Assembly: GCA_963617065.1 (NCBI GenBank)
Contig: CAVENC010000007.1
Span: forward strand, 7,813-71,812
Direction of reading: 5' to 3'
Length of the DNA stretch: 64,000 nt
Origin: Butyricicoccaceae bacterium
Lineage (GTDB): Bacteria; Bacteroidota; Bacteroidia; Bacteroidales; UBA932
Position numbers and translations under genes: made by a program. Shown in pieces: positions 44,461 to 53,853 of this stretch. Position 1 is the stretch's first letter; each line of letters begins with the position of its first letter. The notes beneath the pieces were generated by a model. That model saw only the letters and a program-made list of their open reading frames with translations, was not told where the DNA came from and searched no databases.

Positions 44461-45328
44461 GCAAGGAAATCGTAATAAATTACGGGAAGTCCATCAGAAA
44501 TAAACTTCTGAACATCGCGAGAAATGAAGATATATATTTCCAGACAGTCTGACACGCTATTTTCAGGAAAGGTTGCTCTATAGAATGTCTCAGACATCGT
44601 ACCGACAGAATTTTTACCTGAAAGGAGGTGCGTTGATGTATGCCCACGAGCGTTTTGCCGCAAGGCCTACACTTGATATTGACTTTCTCGGTAACAACAT
44701 CAGTAACGAAGGTGAAAGAATTGAGGAAGCCTTTCGCGAAATCTGCTCTTTTCCTTGCGAGGAAGACGGCGTGCTGTATGACGTTAAGAATATCACATCG
44801 AAAGACATAACGGAGTTCAAGGATTACCACGGTGTCCGTCTGAGTATCCCGGTTTCTATGGATACAGTTTATCAGGTGCTGACGATGGATATCGGCTTTG
44901 GCGATGTAGTAACTCCGTCTCCTGTTGACCTGGACTACCCTGTCCTTCTTGAGTCCCTTCCTGTCGCCAACATTCTTGCTTATTCATTGGAGACAGTCGT
45001 AGCTGAGAAGATGCACGCAGTTATTGATTTGGCGGACAGAAGTAGCCGTATGAAGGACTATTACGACCTGTATCAGATTTTGAAAGCGCAAAAATTGAAT
45101 CCAGCCATTTTACAAGAGGCTATATCTCGCACTTTTGAGAACAGGCGAACGTCGTATGACCCGAATACAATGTTTTTCAGAAAAGAATTCGGGACAAATC
45201 AAATAATGGAAACCCGATGGCGCGCCTTTATCAAGAGGGTAACCAGTAAGTCTAGCCTTGAGTTTAATGAAGTGGTGGCATATCTTCAGGAACGACTGCG
45301 CCCGTACTGGCAGAATCTGAATCGCTGA
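44457..45328 (+). pseudogene. AbiEii/AbiGii nucleotidyltransferase toxin, frameshifted near codon 31
   Basis: ATG 44457 gives MSKEIVINYGKSIRNKLLNIARNEDIYFQTV* (TGA 44550-44552). The shifted frame continues LTRYFQERLLYR..LKGG..RPTLDIDF..AEK..SRMKDYYD. Confidence 0.8.
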
Positions 45329-45332
45329 GAAG

Positions 45333-46100
45333 ATGGCAGGCTATCATACTTATTCCTTTCCTGATGCGCGGAGCATTGTTGTCTGTGGTGACATTCACGG
45401 AGAATTCAATTCTGTGATATATAAGTTATGCGTTCAGTATCAGTTGACTGATACTTTGCTGATAGTAGCCGGCGACTGCGGATTCGGATTTAACAAACCC
45501 GGATACTATGAGAATATATTTAAGCGTAATTCGGGGAGGTTAATCAAGTCAAACAACAGAATTGTGATGGTCCGTGGCAATCATGATGACCCGGCATATT
45601 TCAACGAAGAAAAAATAAAACACGAAAGATTCCACACAGTTCCTGACTATAGCATTGTCCAAGCTTGCGGGCACAATATCCTTTGTATTGGTGGCGCTGT
45701 CAGTATCGATAGAGTTCACCGGAAGAAACACGATGCGAAATACTCAGCTACCGGCACGGTATCATATTGGGCGGACGAAATGCCATTTTATGATGAAGCA
45801 ACCCTCAATGAGATTGGAAAACAACTCAAGATAGACACAGTCATAACCCATACCGCACCATCCTTCTGCGAACTGCTATTAAAGAACGGACTCTCGGAAT
45901 GGGTGGCATTGGATTCTGCGTTACTTTCAGATTGTGAGAGTGAGCGGCGGATAATGGATCAGATATACAATCATCTCGAAGCAGACGGGCATCCGGTCCG
46001 CCATTGGTACTATGGTCATTTTCACCAAAGCTGGAACTCCGAAATTGGTGGTATCCTGTTCTCAATGCTTGACATTATGGAATTCAAGGAGGTATTATGA
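45333..46100 (+). CDS. Calcineurin-like metallophosphoesterase
   Basis: GDIHG, AGD, RGNHD, THTAP and GHFH motifs. Confidence 0.88.
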   Translation: MAGYHTYSFPDARSIVVCGDIHGEFNSVIYKLCVQYQLTDTLLIVAGDCGFGFNKPGYYENIFKRNSGRLIKSNNRIVMVRGNHDDPAYFNEEKIKHERFHTVPDYSIVQACGHNILCIGGAVSIDRVHRKKHDAKYSATGTVSYWADEMPFYDEATLNEIGKQLKIDTVITHTAPSFCELLLKNGLSEWVALDSALLSDCESERRIMDQIYNHLEADGHPVRHWYYGHFHQSWNSEIGGILFSMLDIMEFKEVL

Positions 46101-46139
46101 GAGTATCGAAAACATCGTCAAAGGCTGGTTAACTAGTAA

Positions 46140-46235
46140 GAATTATGCATTAAGAACATTATGTCCTAGATGCATAATTTTGTCTGAGAAAATTGGAATT
46201 ATGCGCTGGAAACATTATGTTTGTATTGCATAATA
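46140..46235. promoter_or_regulatory. Two 40-bp quasi-palindromic direct repeats upstream of the ATPase (putative operators)
   Basis: GAATTATGC-N7-ACATTATGT-N6-TGCATAAT at 46140-46179 and 46196-46235. Confidence 0.6.
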
Positions 46236-46243
46236 ATTTTAGA

Positions 46244-47617
46244 ATGGAATTTGTTGACAGAAAAGAGGAGTGTTCGCGGCTTAGAACTGCGTTGAATGGC
46301 GATAAACCGGCATTCGTGGCGGTTTATGGGCGCAGACGTCTCGGTAAATCAACTCTTATCAAGAGAGTGCTGAGGGACGATGACCTGTATTTTCTTGCTG
46401 ACAAGTCTGGACCTCAACACCAGCGAGCTCTGCTTTCGAAAGTCGTCGCTCAGAAATTTCCAGATTTCGACAAAGTTTCATATCCGGATTGGGAATCTCT
46501 TCTGCGCGCTGTGAGTTATCGTGCAGATGAGCGTTTTACGCTGTGCCTTGATGAATTGCCATATTTGGTGGAACAATCTCCGGACTTGCCTTCTGTGCTG
46601 CAGAAGATTGTGGATGAGAAAAAACTGAAATATAATCTCGTGGTCTGCGGTTCTTCACAGAATATGATGTACGGGATGTTTCTGGATGCCACGTCTCCAC
46701 TCTATGGTCGTGCGGACGCCTTGCTGAAACTCCACCCTATCCGAGTCCCATATCTATGCGAGGCTCTAGGACTCGATGCAGTGCAAGCGGTTGAAGAATA
46801 TTCTGTATGGGGAGGTGTGCCACGCTATTGGGAACTTCGGGAAAATTTCGATACTCTGGAAGACGCACTGCGAAGAAATGTCCTCTCGGCTGAAGGAATG
46901 CTTTACGAAGAGCCTGCAAAACTGTTTCTGGACGATGTTAAGGATATTGTGAAAACATCCACGATAATGTCCTATGTTGGAACAGGGGCGAACCGGCTGT
47001 CGGAGATCGCCTCTCGCTGTGGCGAACCTGCCACCAACCTTTCACGTCCGTTGAGAAAACTTGTTGATCTCGGTTTCCTAGAAAAGGAAACTCCGTTCGG
47101 TGCTGATTTGAAGAACGCCAAAAAGAGCCTATACAAGATTGCAGACCAATTTCTGGAGTTTTATTTTCGTTTTGTCGTTCCGAATCGTTCATTTATAGAA
47201 CTTGGCCGTCAGTTGCCGGTGGAGCAGTCTCTCGCTGCACATTTTGGGGAATATGTCAGCTCACAGTGGGAGCGGCTGTGTCGAAATGCTGTGACTGGGA
47301 ATGAAATCGGTGGCGTCCTTTATGGTGCTGCAAGCAGGTGGTGGGGAAGTGTCATCGGAAAAGATGGACGGCCACGTCAGATGGAATTTGATGTGGTGAG
47401 CGAGTCCATAGACGGGAAATATCTTCTTGTGGGGGAGTGTAAGTGGACTGAAAACGAGAATGTAAAAGCGCTTACTGACTCGCTCCTTGAGAAGGCTAAG
47501 CTGCTTCCTTTTGCCGAAGAACGAGAGATAGTGCCTGTGCTGTTCCTGAAAAACAAGCCTGCGGAAGATATCGGCAACGTTCTACTCCCGGAAGATGTCC
47601 TGAAACTTTGGTCCTAA
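46244..47617 (+). CDS. Archaeal-type AAA ATPase with wHTH and C-terminal DUF234/PD-(D/E)xK-like domain
   Basis: FVDR, YGRRRLGKS Walker A, LDE Walker B, GGVPRY, EFDVV..GECKW. ATG 46244. Confidence 0.85.
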   Translation: MEFVDRKEECSRLRTALNGDKPAFVAVYGRRRLGKSTLIKRVLRDDDLYFLADKSGPQHQRALLSKVVAQKFPDFDKVSYPDWESLLRAVSYRADERFTLCLDELPYLVEQSPDLPSVLQKIVDEKKLKYNLVVCGSSQNMMYGMFLDATSPLYGRADALLKLHPIRVPYLCEALGLDAVQAVEEYSVWGGVPRYWELRENFDTLEDALRRNVLSAEGMLYEEPAKLFLDDVKDIVKTSTIMSYVGTGANRLSEIASRCGEPATNLSRPLRKLVDLGFLEKETPFGADLKNAKKSLYKIADQFLEFYFRFVVPNRSFIELGRQLPVEQSLAAHFGEYVSSQWERLCRNAVTGNEIGGVLYGAASRWWGSVIGKDGRPRQMEFDVVSESIDGKYLLVGECKWTENENVKALTDSLLEKAKLLPFAEEREIVPVLFLKNKPAEDIGNVLLPEDVLKLWS

Positions 47618-47670
47618 GAGAAAGTTGATAACCTTCCTATCTAACCCTACTGCACTGATAAACTCAAAAC

Positions 47671-47719
47671 TCCGGCTCAACTTCTGTGTGCGATAATGCA
47701 CGCAGATGGTTGAGCCGGA
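47671..47719. terminator. Probable bidirectional terminator hairpin
   Basis: tccggctcaac..gttgagccgga long stem between convergent genes. Confidence 0.7.
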
Positions 47720-47743
47720 TTTATTGAATGATAAATTGTTATC

Positions 47744-47916
47744 GTCTATTCCCCTGTTTCCATTCGACGGTTGCAGGTGGTTTGATGGGTTGACCGTTAT
47801 GGTTTGCCGTCAGTGTAGTCCTATTCCCACCCGATAGTTGCAGGCATAAGCTTCATGCGGTAATCCACATTTACGCGATGTCAGTGCAGTCCTATTCCCA
47901 CTCGATGGTTGCAGGC
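47744..47916 (-). repeat. Tandem copies of the guaA 3' end (att-like direct repeats)
   Basis: 37-bp units at 47809-47845 and 47880-47916 (3 mismatches), plus a degenerate unit at about 47744-47785. Confidence 0.85.
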
Positions 47917-49475
47917 GGTTTGGAAGAGATGTCATAGACGACGCGGTTGACGCCTTTGACTTTGTTGATGATGCTGTCGCTCACTTTGGCGAGGAAATCA
48001 TAAGGGAAGTGGAACCAGTCCGCCGTCATTGCATCTGTGGATACGACAGCACGCAGCGCTACCGGATTCTCATAAGTTCTTTCGTCGCCCATAACTCCTA
48101 CGCTCTTGACAGGAAGCAGAATGACTCCGGCCTGCCAGATTGCGTCGTAGAGGTTTGTCGCCATTATACGCGGATCTGACGCGGATGGGAAACCCATTCC
48201 GGTGCAGTCATAGTTGCGGAGACCTTTGATGAAAATATCATCGGCCTCGCGCAATACGCGGAGCTTCTCTTCGGTGATATCTCCGATTATGCGGATGGCA
48301 AGAGATGGTCCAGGGAACGGATGTCTGCCTACCAGTTCTTCCTTGATGCCCAATGACCTGCCGACTCTGCGGACCTCATCTTTGAAAAGCATCTTCAGTG
48401 GCTCGACAATATTGAGATTCATCTTCTCAGGCAAGCCTCCCACATTGTGATGGGATTTGATTTTGGACGCGATGCCAGGTATGCCGGCTGACTCGATGAC
48501 GTCCGGGTAGATAGTGCCCTGGGCAAGCCATTTGGCGTTTTCTATGGTTGCGGCATATTTGTCGAACGTCTCGATGAACAATCTGCCGATAACCTTTCTT
48601 TTTGCCTCAGGCTCTGTGATTCCCGCAAGCGCAGAGATGAACTCTTTGGAAGCGTCAGCACCGATGACATTCAGACCCATATCCTGATATGACGCCATCA
48701 CGTCTTCAAACTCATTCTTGCGCAGAAGTCCGTTGTTGACGAATATACAGGTGAGATTGTGTCCGATTGCCTTGTTTAGCAGCACTGCCGCTACTGTGGA
48801 ATCAACTCCTCCGCTGAGTCCCAGAATAACCTTGTCGTCTCTAAGCTTGGCTCTGAGCTCCTCTATGGTAGTGTCAATGAATGATGCCGGAGTCCAGTCG
48901 CCCTTGCATCCGCAGATGTCGAAAGCGAAGTTAGACAGCATCTTGGAACCTTCTACAGAATGGAAAACCTCCGGGTGGAACTGAACCGCATAAGTCTGCT
49001 CATCCTTGAAATGGAATGCGGCGTTCACTACGTCTGCCGTTGAGGCGATGACCTCGGCATCGGCAGGCAACTGTGAAATGGTGTCGCCGTGGGACATCCA
49101 TACCTGGGAATGCGCCGACACACCCTTGAAGAGAGGGGAGTCTGCATTTACAATGTCCAGCATGGCCCTTCCGTATTCACGAGCAATGGAGCCTTCAACC
49201 TTTCCACCGAACTTGGCGGCCAGATATTGAGCTCCATAGCATATTCCCAGAAGCGGCAGTTTGCCTTTGATGGTTTTCAAGTCAATTTGCGGTGCGTTTT
49301 CGTCTCTGACAGAGCAAGGACTTCCTGAGATGATTACACCTTTGATCGACGGATCAAGTTCAGGCATCTTGCTGTAAGGGTAGATTTCGCAGTAAACATT
49401 CAGTTCCCTCAGACGGCGACCAATCAGCTGTGTCACCTGAGAACCGGCATCGAGAATGATGATTTTTTCGGTCAT
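47892..49475 (-). CDS. guaA: GMP synthase (glutamine-hydrolysing)
   Basis: [26 protein letters not shown] and KPPATIEWE motifs. Start MTEKIIILD at 49475. Confidence 0.97.
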   Translation of the reverse strand: MTEKIIILDAGSQVTQLIGRRLRELNVYCEIYPYSKMPELDPSIKGVIISGSPCSVRDENAPQIDLKTIKGKLPLLGICYGAQYLAAKFGGKVEGSIAREYGRAMLDIVNADSPLFKGVSAHSQVWMSHGDTISQLPADAEVIASTADVVNAAFHFKDEQTYAVQFHPEVFHSVEGSKMLSNFAFDICGCKGDWTPASFIDTTIEELRAKLRDDKVILGLSGGVDSTVAAVLLNKAIGHNLTCIFVNNGLLRKNEFEDVMASYQDMGLNVIGADASKEFISALAGITEPEAKRKVIGRLFIETFDKYAATIENAKWLAQGTIYPDVIESAGIPGIASKIKSHHNVGGLPEKMNLNIVEPLKMLFKDEVRRVGRSLGIKEELVGRHPFPGPSLAIRIIGDITEEKLRVLREADDIFIKGLRNYDCTGMGFPSASDPRIMATNLYDAIWQAGVILLPVKSVGVMGDERTYENPVALRAVVSTDAMTADWFHFPYDFLAKVSDSIINKVKGVNRVVYDISSKPPATIEWE

Positions 49476-49617
49476 ATTGCGAAGCGATTTTGAGATATTC
49501 CGATGCAAAAATAATATAAAAAGTTCATTAAAACCGAAGAAATGCGTAATTTTGCAATTCTGTATCAGAGTGTGATATAAATGCAAGCCGTTGATGGCTA
49601 AATTACAAGAATAAATT

Positions 49618-51420
49618 ATGGACGTTAGGAACATTGCGATTATCGCGCATGTCGACCACGGCAAGACTACTCTCGTGGACCGAATGATTTACCAGGCAAA
49701 TCTGGTCAGACAACCTGAAAATCTCGGTGAACTGATTCTCGACAACAATGACATTGAAAGGGAAAGAGGTATCACCATTCTCGCGAAAAATGTATCAGTT
49801 GTATATAAAGGAGTTAAAATCAATATCATAGATACTCCGGGCCATAGCGATTTCGGCGGTGAGGTCGAGAGAGTCCTGAATATGGCTGACGGCGTTCTGC
49901 TGCTCGTGGATGCGTTTGAAGGTTGTATGCCTCAGACACGTTTCGTGTTGCAGAAAGCTTTGAGTATGGGCAAGAAGCCGATAGTCGTTGTCAATAAAGT
50001 TGACAAGCCTAACTGCCGTCCGGACGAAGTGCAGGAAGAGGTCTTTGATCTGATGTTCGCGCTTAACGCAAATGAGGATCAGCTTGATTTCCGTACAATC
50101 TTCGGAAGTGCAAAACAGGGCTGGATGGCGAATGACTGGAAAAATCCAACAGACAATATCACTCCGCTCTTGGATGCAATCCTTGAGGCTGTCCCTGCCC
50201 CTGCGCAGAACGAAGGTACCCCGCAGATGCTTATATCTTCATTGGAGTATTCTCCGTATGTCGGACGTATCGCTGTCGGCCGTGTGACAAGGGGTAAACT
50301 TGTAACCGGAATGAATGTCAGCCTCTGCAAGAGATATGACAGAATAGAGAAGAGTAAGATTAAGCAACTGCTTGTGTTTGACGGACTTGGAAAGAAAGAA
50401 GTTCCTGAAGTTCAGTGCGGTGATATCTGCGCAGTTGTAGGTATTGACGGATTTGAAATCGGAGATACGATTGCCGATTTCGAGAATCCTGAGGCTTTGC
50501 CGCCGATCTCAATCGATGAGCCTACAATGAGTATGCTCTTCACAATCAACAACTCGCCATTCTTCGGAAAGGACGGTAAATTCGTGACTTCAAGGCATAT
50601 CAAAGACCGTCTGGACAAGGAACTTGAGAAAAACCTTGCGCTGCGCGTTAAGCCGGGTCTCAATGCGGACTCATTCGTCGTATTCGGCCGTGGTGTGCTC
50701 CATCTTTCAGTGCTTATCGAGGAGATGAGACGTGAAGGATTCGAGCTGCAGGTAGGTCAGCCTAAGGTGTTGGACAAAACAATAAACGGACAGCGTTGCG
50801 AACCTATAGAGGAACTCAGTATCGAGGTGCCAGAGCAGTTTGTCGGCGCGGCTATCGAGATTTCCACAAGGCGTAAGGCCGCTCTCGTGCATATGGAACC
50901 GCGTGGAGACAGGACGCTTCTCGAATTCGAGATTCCTACCCGTGGACTTATGGGATTGAGAAGCAACCTTCTCACAGCATCCCAGGGCGAGGCTGTCGTT
51001 GCGCACAGATTTAAAGATTATCAGCCGTACAAGGGCGAGATTGAGCACAGAATGAATGGCTCTCTCGTTTCTTTGGAGACAGGTGAGGCAATCGCATATT
51101 CAATGAACAAACTTCTCGACAGAGGTAAATTCTTTGTGGAACCTGGCGAGGAAATCTATATGGGCGAGGTTGTAGGTGAGCATACTAGGGACAGAGACCT
51201 TAATGTGAATATCTGCAAGACCAAGAAACTGACCAACGTTCGTGCAGCCGGAAGTGATGACAAGATCGTCCTTCCTCCTGCGATAAAGATGTCGCTTGAA
51301 GAGATGTTGGAGTATATCAATGAAGATGAATTAGTGGAGGTTACGCCTCACCATCTGAGAATACGCAAGGCTTTGCTCGACCCAACCGAGAGGAAAAGAA
51401 AAAGCGGAGACGTCGATTGA
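49618..51420 (+). CDS. typA: Translational GTPase TypA/BipA
   Basis: [25 protein letters not shown] and KKLTNVRA motifs. Confidence 0.97.
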   Translation: MDVRNIAIIAHVDHGKTTLVDRMIYQANLVRQPENLGELILDNNDIERERGITILAKNVSVVYKGVKINIIDTPGHSDFGGEVERVLNMADGVLLLVDAFEGCMPQTRFVLQKALSMGKKPIVVVNKVDKPNCRPDEVQEEVFDLMFALNANEDQLDFRTIFGSAKQGWMANDWKNPTDNITPLLDAILEAVPAPAQNEGTPQMLISSLEYSPYVGRIAVGRVTRGKLVTGMNVSLCKRYDRIEKSKIKQLLVFDGLGKKEVPEVQCGDICAVVGIDGFEIGDTIADFENPEALPPISIDEPTMSMLFTINNSPFFGKDGKFVTSRHIKDRLDKELEKNLALRVKPGLNADSFVVFGRGVLHLSVLIEEMRREGFELQVGQPKVLDKTINGQRCEPIEELSIEVPEQFVGAAIEISTRRKAALVHMEPRGDRTLLEFEIPTRGLMGLRSNLLTASQGEAVVAHRFKDYQPYKGEIEHRMNGSLVSLETGEAIAYSMNKLLDRGKFFVEPGEEIYMGEVVGEHTRDRDLNVNICKTKKLTNVRAAGSDDKIVLPPAIKMSLEEMLEYINEDELVEVTPHHLRIRKALLDPTERKRKSGDVD

Positions 51421-51471
51421 TATTCAAAAACTTTTTCTTACCTTTGCAACCCCTCATCTGTTTATAGGAGA

Positions 51472-52020
51472 ATGACAGACGAATTTATCATACCTTTGAA
51501 TGGATTGAAGCCAGGGAAAACGTGTTTTTCGTGGCGTATTGGGGTGGAGTTCTTCAGAAAATTCGAGAACGCTGACATCGTCGATGCTGATTTGAATGTC
51601 GATGTTGAGGTGGAGAAGTCAGGTTCGTATATCGGGATTGACTGCGATATTGACGGGACTTTGACCGTGCCTTGTGACAGATGTATGGACAATGTCGAGA
51701 TGCCGATTTCGACTGTTGCGAGACTCAGCGTGAAGTTCGGACCTGAACCGGTCGTGACGGATGAAGTTTCGGTCAGTGACGAGAGGGAGATAGTTTATCT
51801 CTCTGAGGGTGAGGCTGATATGGATATGAGCCAGACGATATATGATTTCTCATATTTGGCTTTGCCGATGCAGCGGGTTCACGAAGACGGGGAGTGTAAT
51901 CCTGTCGCGATGAGATATCTCAGCGGGGAGGCTTCTGAGGAAGAGAATGTAGATAACAGTTCTGAAAAAGATACATACAATCCTTTTGCAGTGCTCAAGG
52001 GATTGAATTTGGATAAATGA
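51472..52020 (+). CDS. DUF177/YceD family protein
   Basis: VPCDRC motif, upstream of rpmF, TACCTTTG at 51439. Confidence 0.88.
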   Translation: MTDEFIIPLNGLKPGKTCFSWRIGVEFFRKFENADIVDADLNVDVEVEKSGSYIGIDCDIDGTLTVPCDRCMDNVEMPISTVARLSVKFGPEPVVTDEVSVSDEREIVYLSEGEADMDMSQTIYDFSYLALPMQRVHEDGECNPVAMRYLSGEASEEENVDNSSEKDTYNPFAVLKGLNLDK

Positions 52021-52062
52021 TAGAGCACAGGAAGTGAATAAAATTTTAAAAGTTATATAACA

Positions 52063-52248
52063 ATGGCACATCCGAAACACAAACTTTCAAAGCAAAGAAG
52101 GGACAAGAGAAGAACACACGACTTCGCTGCTGTTCCAACTCTCGCAACTTGCCCTAATTGCGGTGCTACAGTAATGTATCACAGAGTATGTCCTGAGTGT
52201 GGCTTCTACAGAGGCCGTCAGATTATTGAGAAGAAAGTCGCTGAGTAG
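52063..52248 (+). CDS. rpmF: 50S ribosomal protein L32
   Basis: MAHPK..SK.RRDKRRTH and CPNC..HRVCPECG motifs. Confidence 0.96.
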   Translation: MAHPKHKLSKQRRDKRRTHDFAAVPTLATCPNCGATVMYHRVCPECGFYRGRQIIEKKVAE

Positions 52249-52263
52249 GCTTTCGCTCATAAT

Positions 52264-52335
52264 GGCCCTGTAGTTCAACGGATAGAACGGAAGTTTCCTA
52301 AACTTTAAATACAGGTTCGATTCCTGTCGGGGCTA
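52264..52335 (+). tRNA. tRNA-Arg(CCT)
   Basis: ggccctg/cggggct acceptor stem, gaagt-ttCCTaa-acttt anticodon arm, ggttcgatt T-arm. Confidence 0.95.
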
Positions 52336-52347
52336 CGTCAAAAAACG

Positions 52348-52385
52348 AAATTGGGTGACTAATAAGTCGCCCAATTTTCTTTTTA
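52348..52385 (+). terminator. Intrinsic terminator after tRNA-Arg
   Basis: aaattgggtgact/agtcgcccaattt stem followed by a T-rich tail. Confidence 0.8.
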
Positions 52386-52619
52386 TCCCTCCAGTCACTA
52401 CGTGACGGGATTGTGCTAGCGCTTTGCACTGGTTGCCAGTGCAAATTTGCGAGACATTAAAGCGTTCGGGTCAGGAGCGAATTTTTTTCTGAGCTCAGGA
52501 CCTGAACGCTTTGATGTTGTTGTGATTGACTGATCAGACAATCAATAATCTGCCACGTATCAAGCAACTTCGTTTGGGGAAGGCTGCACTTTTGGGGAAG
52601 GCTACAGTGATTCTTGCAG

Positions 52620-53759
52620 TTATAACTGAAAATAACTGTGTTTGAGCCAGTATTCGAATATCGGGTCCTGGAAAGTGGTCTTGCCTCCTGTCCTGTCAAG
52701 CACATCTCTGCTTACCAATGTCTTTAATGAGCGCGACGCAGATGTTGCGGAACTTATATGATATTTGTGCATAGTTTTAGAACTGGTAATCGAGTCCTCG
52801 CCTGCGACAACGGCGTTCAAATAGCAGGTCTGCTGGAATGTGAAACTCTCCATAATGTTGGTGAACAACAGGCTAAGTTGTTCCACCAGGCTTTCGTGTG
52901 CTTTGTTGACAATCTCCTCGGTACATATCTCACTGTTGTTAGTTCTCAGCCAGGAAAGCTGTGAAAGTTGTTGAGTATAGTAAGGATGATTATCGGACAA
53001 CGAGATAATGCGAAGGCATCCTTCGTCTGTGATTTGCTTCCCTGTTGATGTGAATCTTTCCTTTATGAATTTCGTGAGATGTTCAGTGTCAATCTTGTTG
53101 AGGAATAAAATATCTCCGAACTTATAGAACGGCATCTCAGAATCCGTAAAAACGTCAAGCATCATATGACGTTTGCTGCCATATAGACAATATCCGGTTT
53201 TCTGGTGCTTCTGCCAATGTGCACGAAGTTTTCTTTGGAAGAAAAGCGGGTCTGTGAATTCTGCAATATTCTGAAATTCATCAATGCAAATCACAATCTT
53301 TATTCCCTTGTCCTTTGCGATTCGCTCCGGAAGATCAAGGATTTCGTCGGGGTTGTTTTTGATTTCTTCCCAGTCAAAGTCAAGAGAAATCTCATTCGTG
53401 GGGTCTGTGCCAATAGTGATTTTCGGAACAAGTCTGGAAAAGAATTTTTTCGCATTCTCTACGGCCTCGTCCCATCGATTGGATGTCCCTTGAATAATGC
53501 TCCTTGCATAAGCGGTGTAGAATTGTTCTTCAGTTTTTATGTTGAATAGGTCCACAGCACATATTTTTAGGTTTTTATCTTCTTTTTGCGCTATTTCGGC
53601 TGACCTATGTACGAGTGAACTCTTTCCCCATCGTCTTGGGGAAATGATGATTGTATTAATGAGTGATTCGAAATTGTTGACAAGCTGTCTGGTTTCTTCT
53701 TGTCTGTCAGTAAAATTCTCATCTGTAGCTATTCTGCCAAAAATAAAAGGAGCTTCCAT
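52620..53759 (-). CDS. Archaeal-type AAA ATPase (ATP-binding protein, C-terminal wHTH-like region)
   Basis: PFIFG..FTDR, SPRRWGKSS, IDEFQ, HPYY.Q and DPIF..WL motifs. Confidence 0.85.
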   Translation of the reverse strand: MEAPFIFGRIATDENFTDRQEETRQLVNNFESLINTIIISPRRWGKSSLVHRSAEIAQKEDKNLKICAVDLFNIKTEEQFYTAYARSIIQGTSNRWDEAVENAKKFFSRLVPKITIGTDPTNEISLDFDWEEIKNNPDEILDLPERIAKDKGIKIVICIDEFQNIAEFTDPLFFQRKLRAHWQKHQKTGYCLYGSKRHMMLDVFTDSEMPFYKFGDILFLNKIDTEHLTKFIKERFTSTGKQITDEGCLRIISLSDNHPYYTQQLSQLSWLRTNNSEICTEEIVNKAHESLVEQLSLLFTNIMESFTFQQTCYLNAVVAGEDSITSSKTMHKYHISSATSASRSLKTLVSRDVLDRTGGKTTFQDPIFEYWLKHSYFQL

Positions 53760-53790
53760 CGTGTGCAATCTTTGCAGTCAAAGATATATA

Positions 53791-53831
53791 ACAAAAAATG
53801 TAATTACAAATTTTGTAATTACATTTTTTGT
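53791..53831. promoter_or_regulatory. Perfect 41-bp palindrome next to the ATPase promoter
   Basis: acaaaaaatgtaattacaaa-t-tttgtaattacattttttgt, with minus-strand TATCTTTG at 53779-53786. Confidence 0.75.
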
Positions 53832-53853
53832 AAAGCGTGAATGGTACTGAACC

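Noticed and set aside
44540..44560. Programmed ribosomal frameshift in abiEii
   Set aside because: No slippery heptamer or evident stimulatory structure. A simple deletion or sequencing error is more parsimonious.
46097..46132. 11-codon ORF overlapping the phosphoesterase stop, with AAGGAGGT upstream
   Set aside because: Could be the stub of a deleted fourth operon gene but is too short to support.
47744..47916. Bona fide CRISPR array
   Set aside because: Only 2-3 units, the repeat is the coding 3' end of guaA, and there is no cas gene or leader. Reported as att-like repeats instead.
48160..48225. About 20-aa insertion in GuaA (also short insertions in PurD and GlyA)
   Set aside because: In-frame loop-sized insertions with no intein or intron hallmarks.
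49476..49664. N-terminal extension of guaA in the ORF track (similar extensions for A2M, the phosphatase, DUF4199, folD and ftsY)
   Set aside because: The extensions cross promoter motifs or divergent genes, or add non-conserved sequence. Downstream ATGs give family-typical N-termini.
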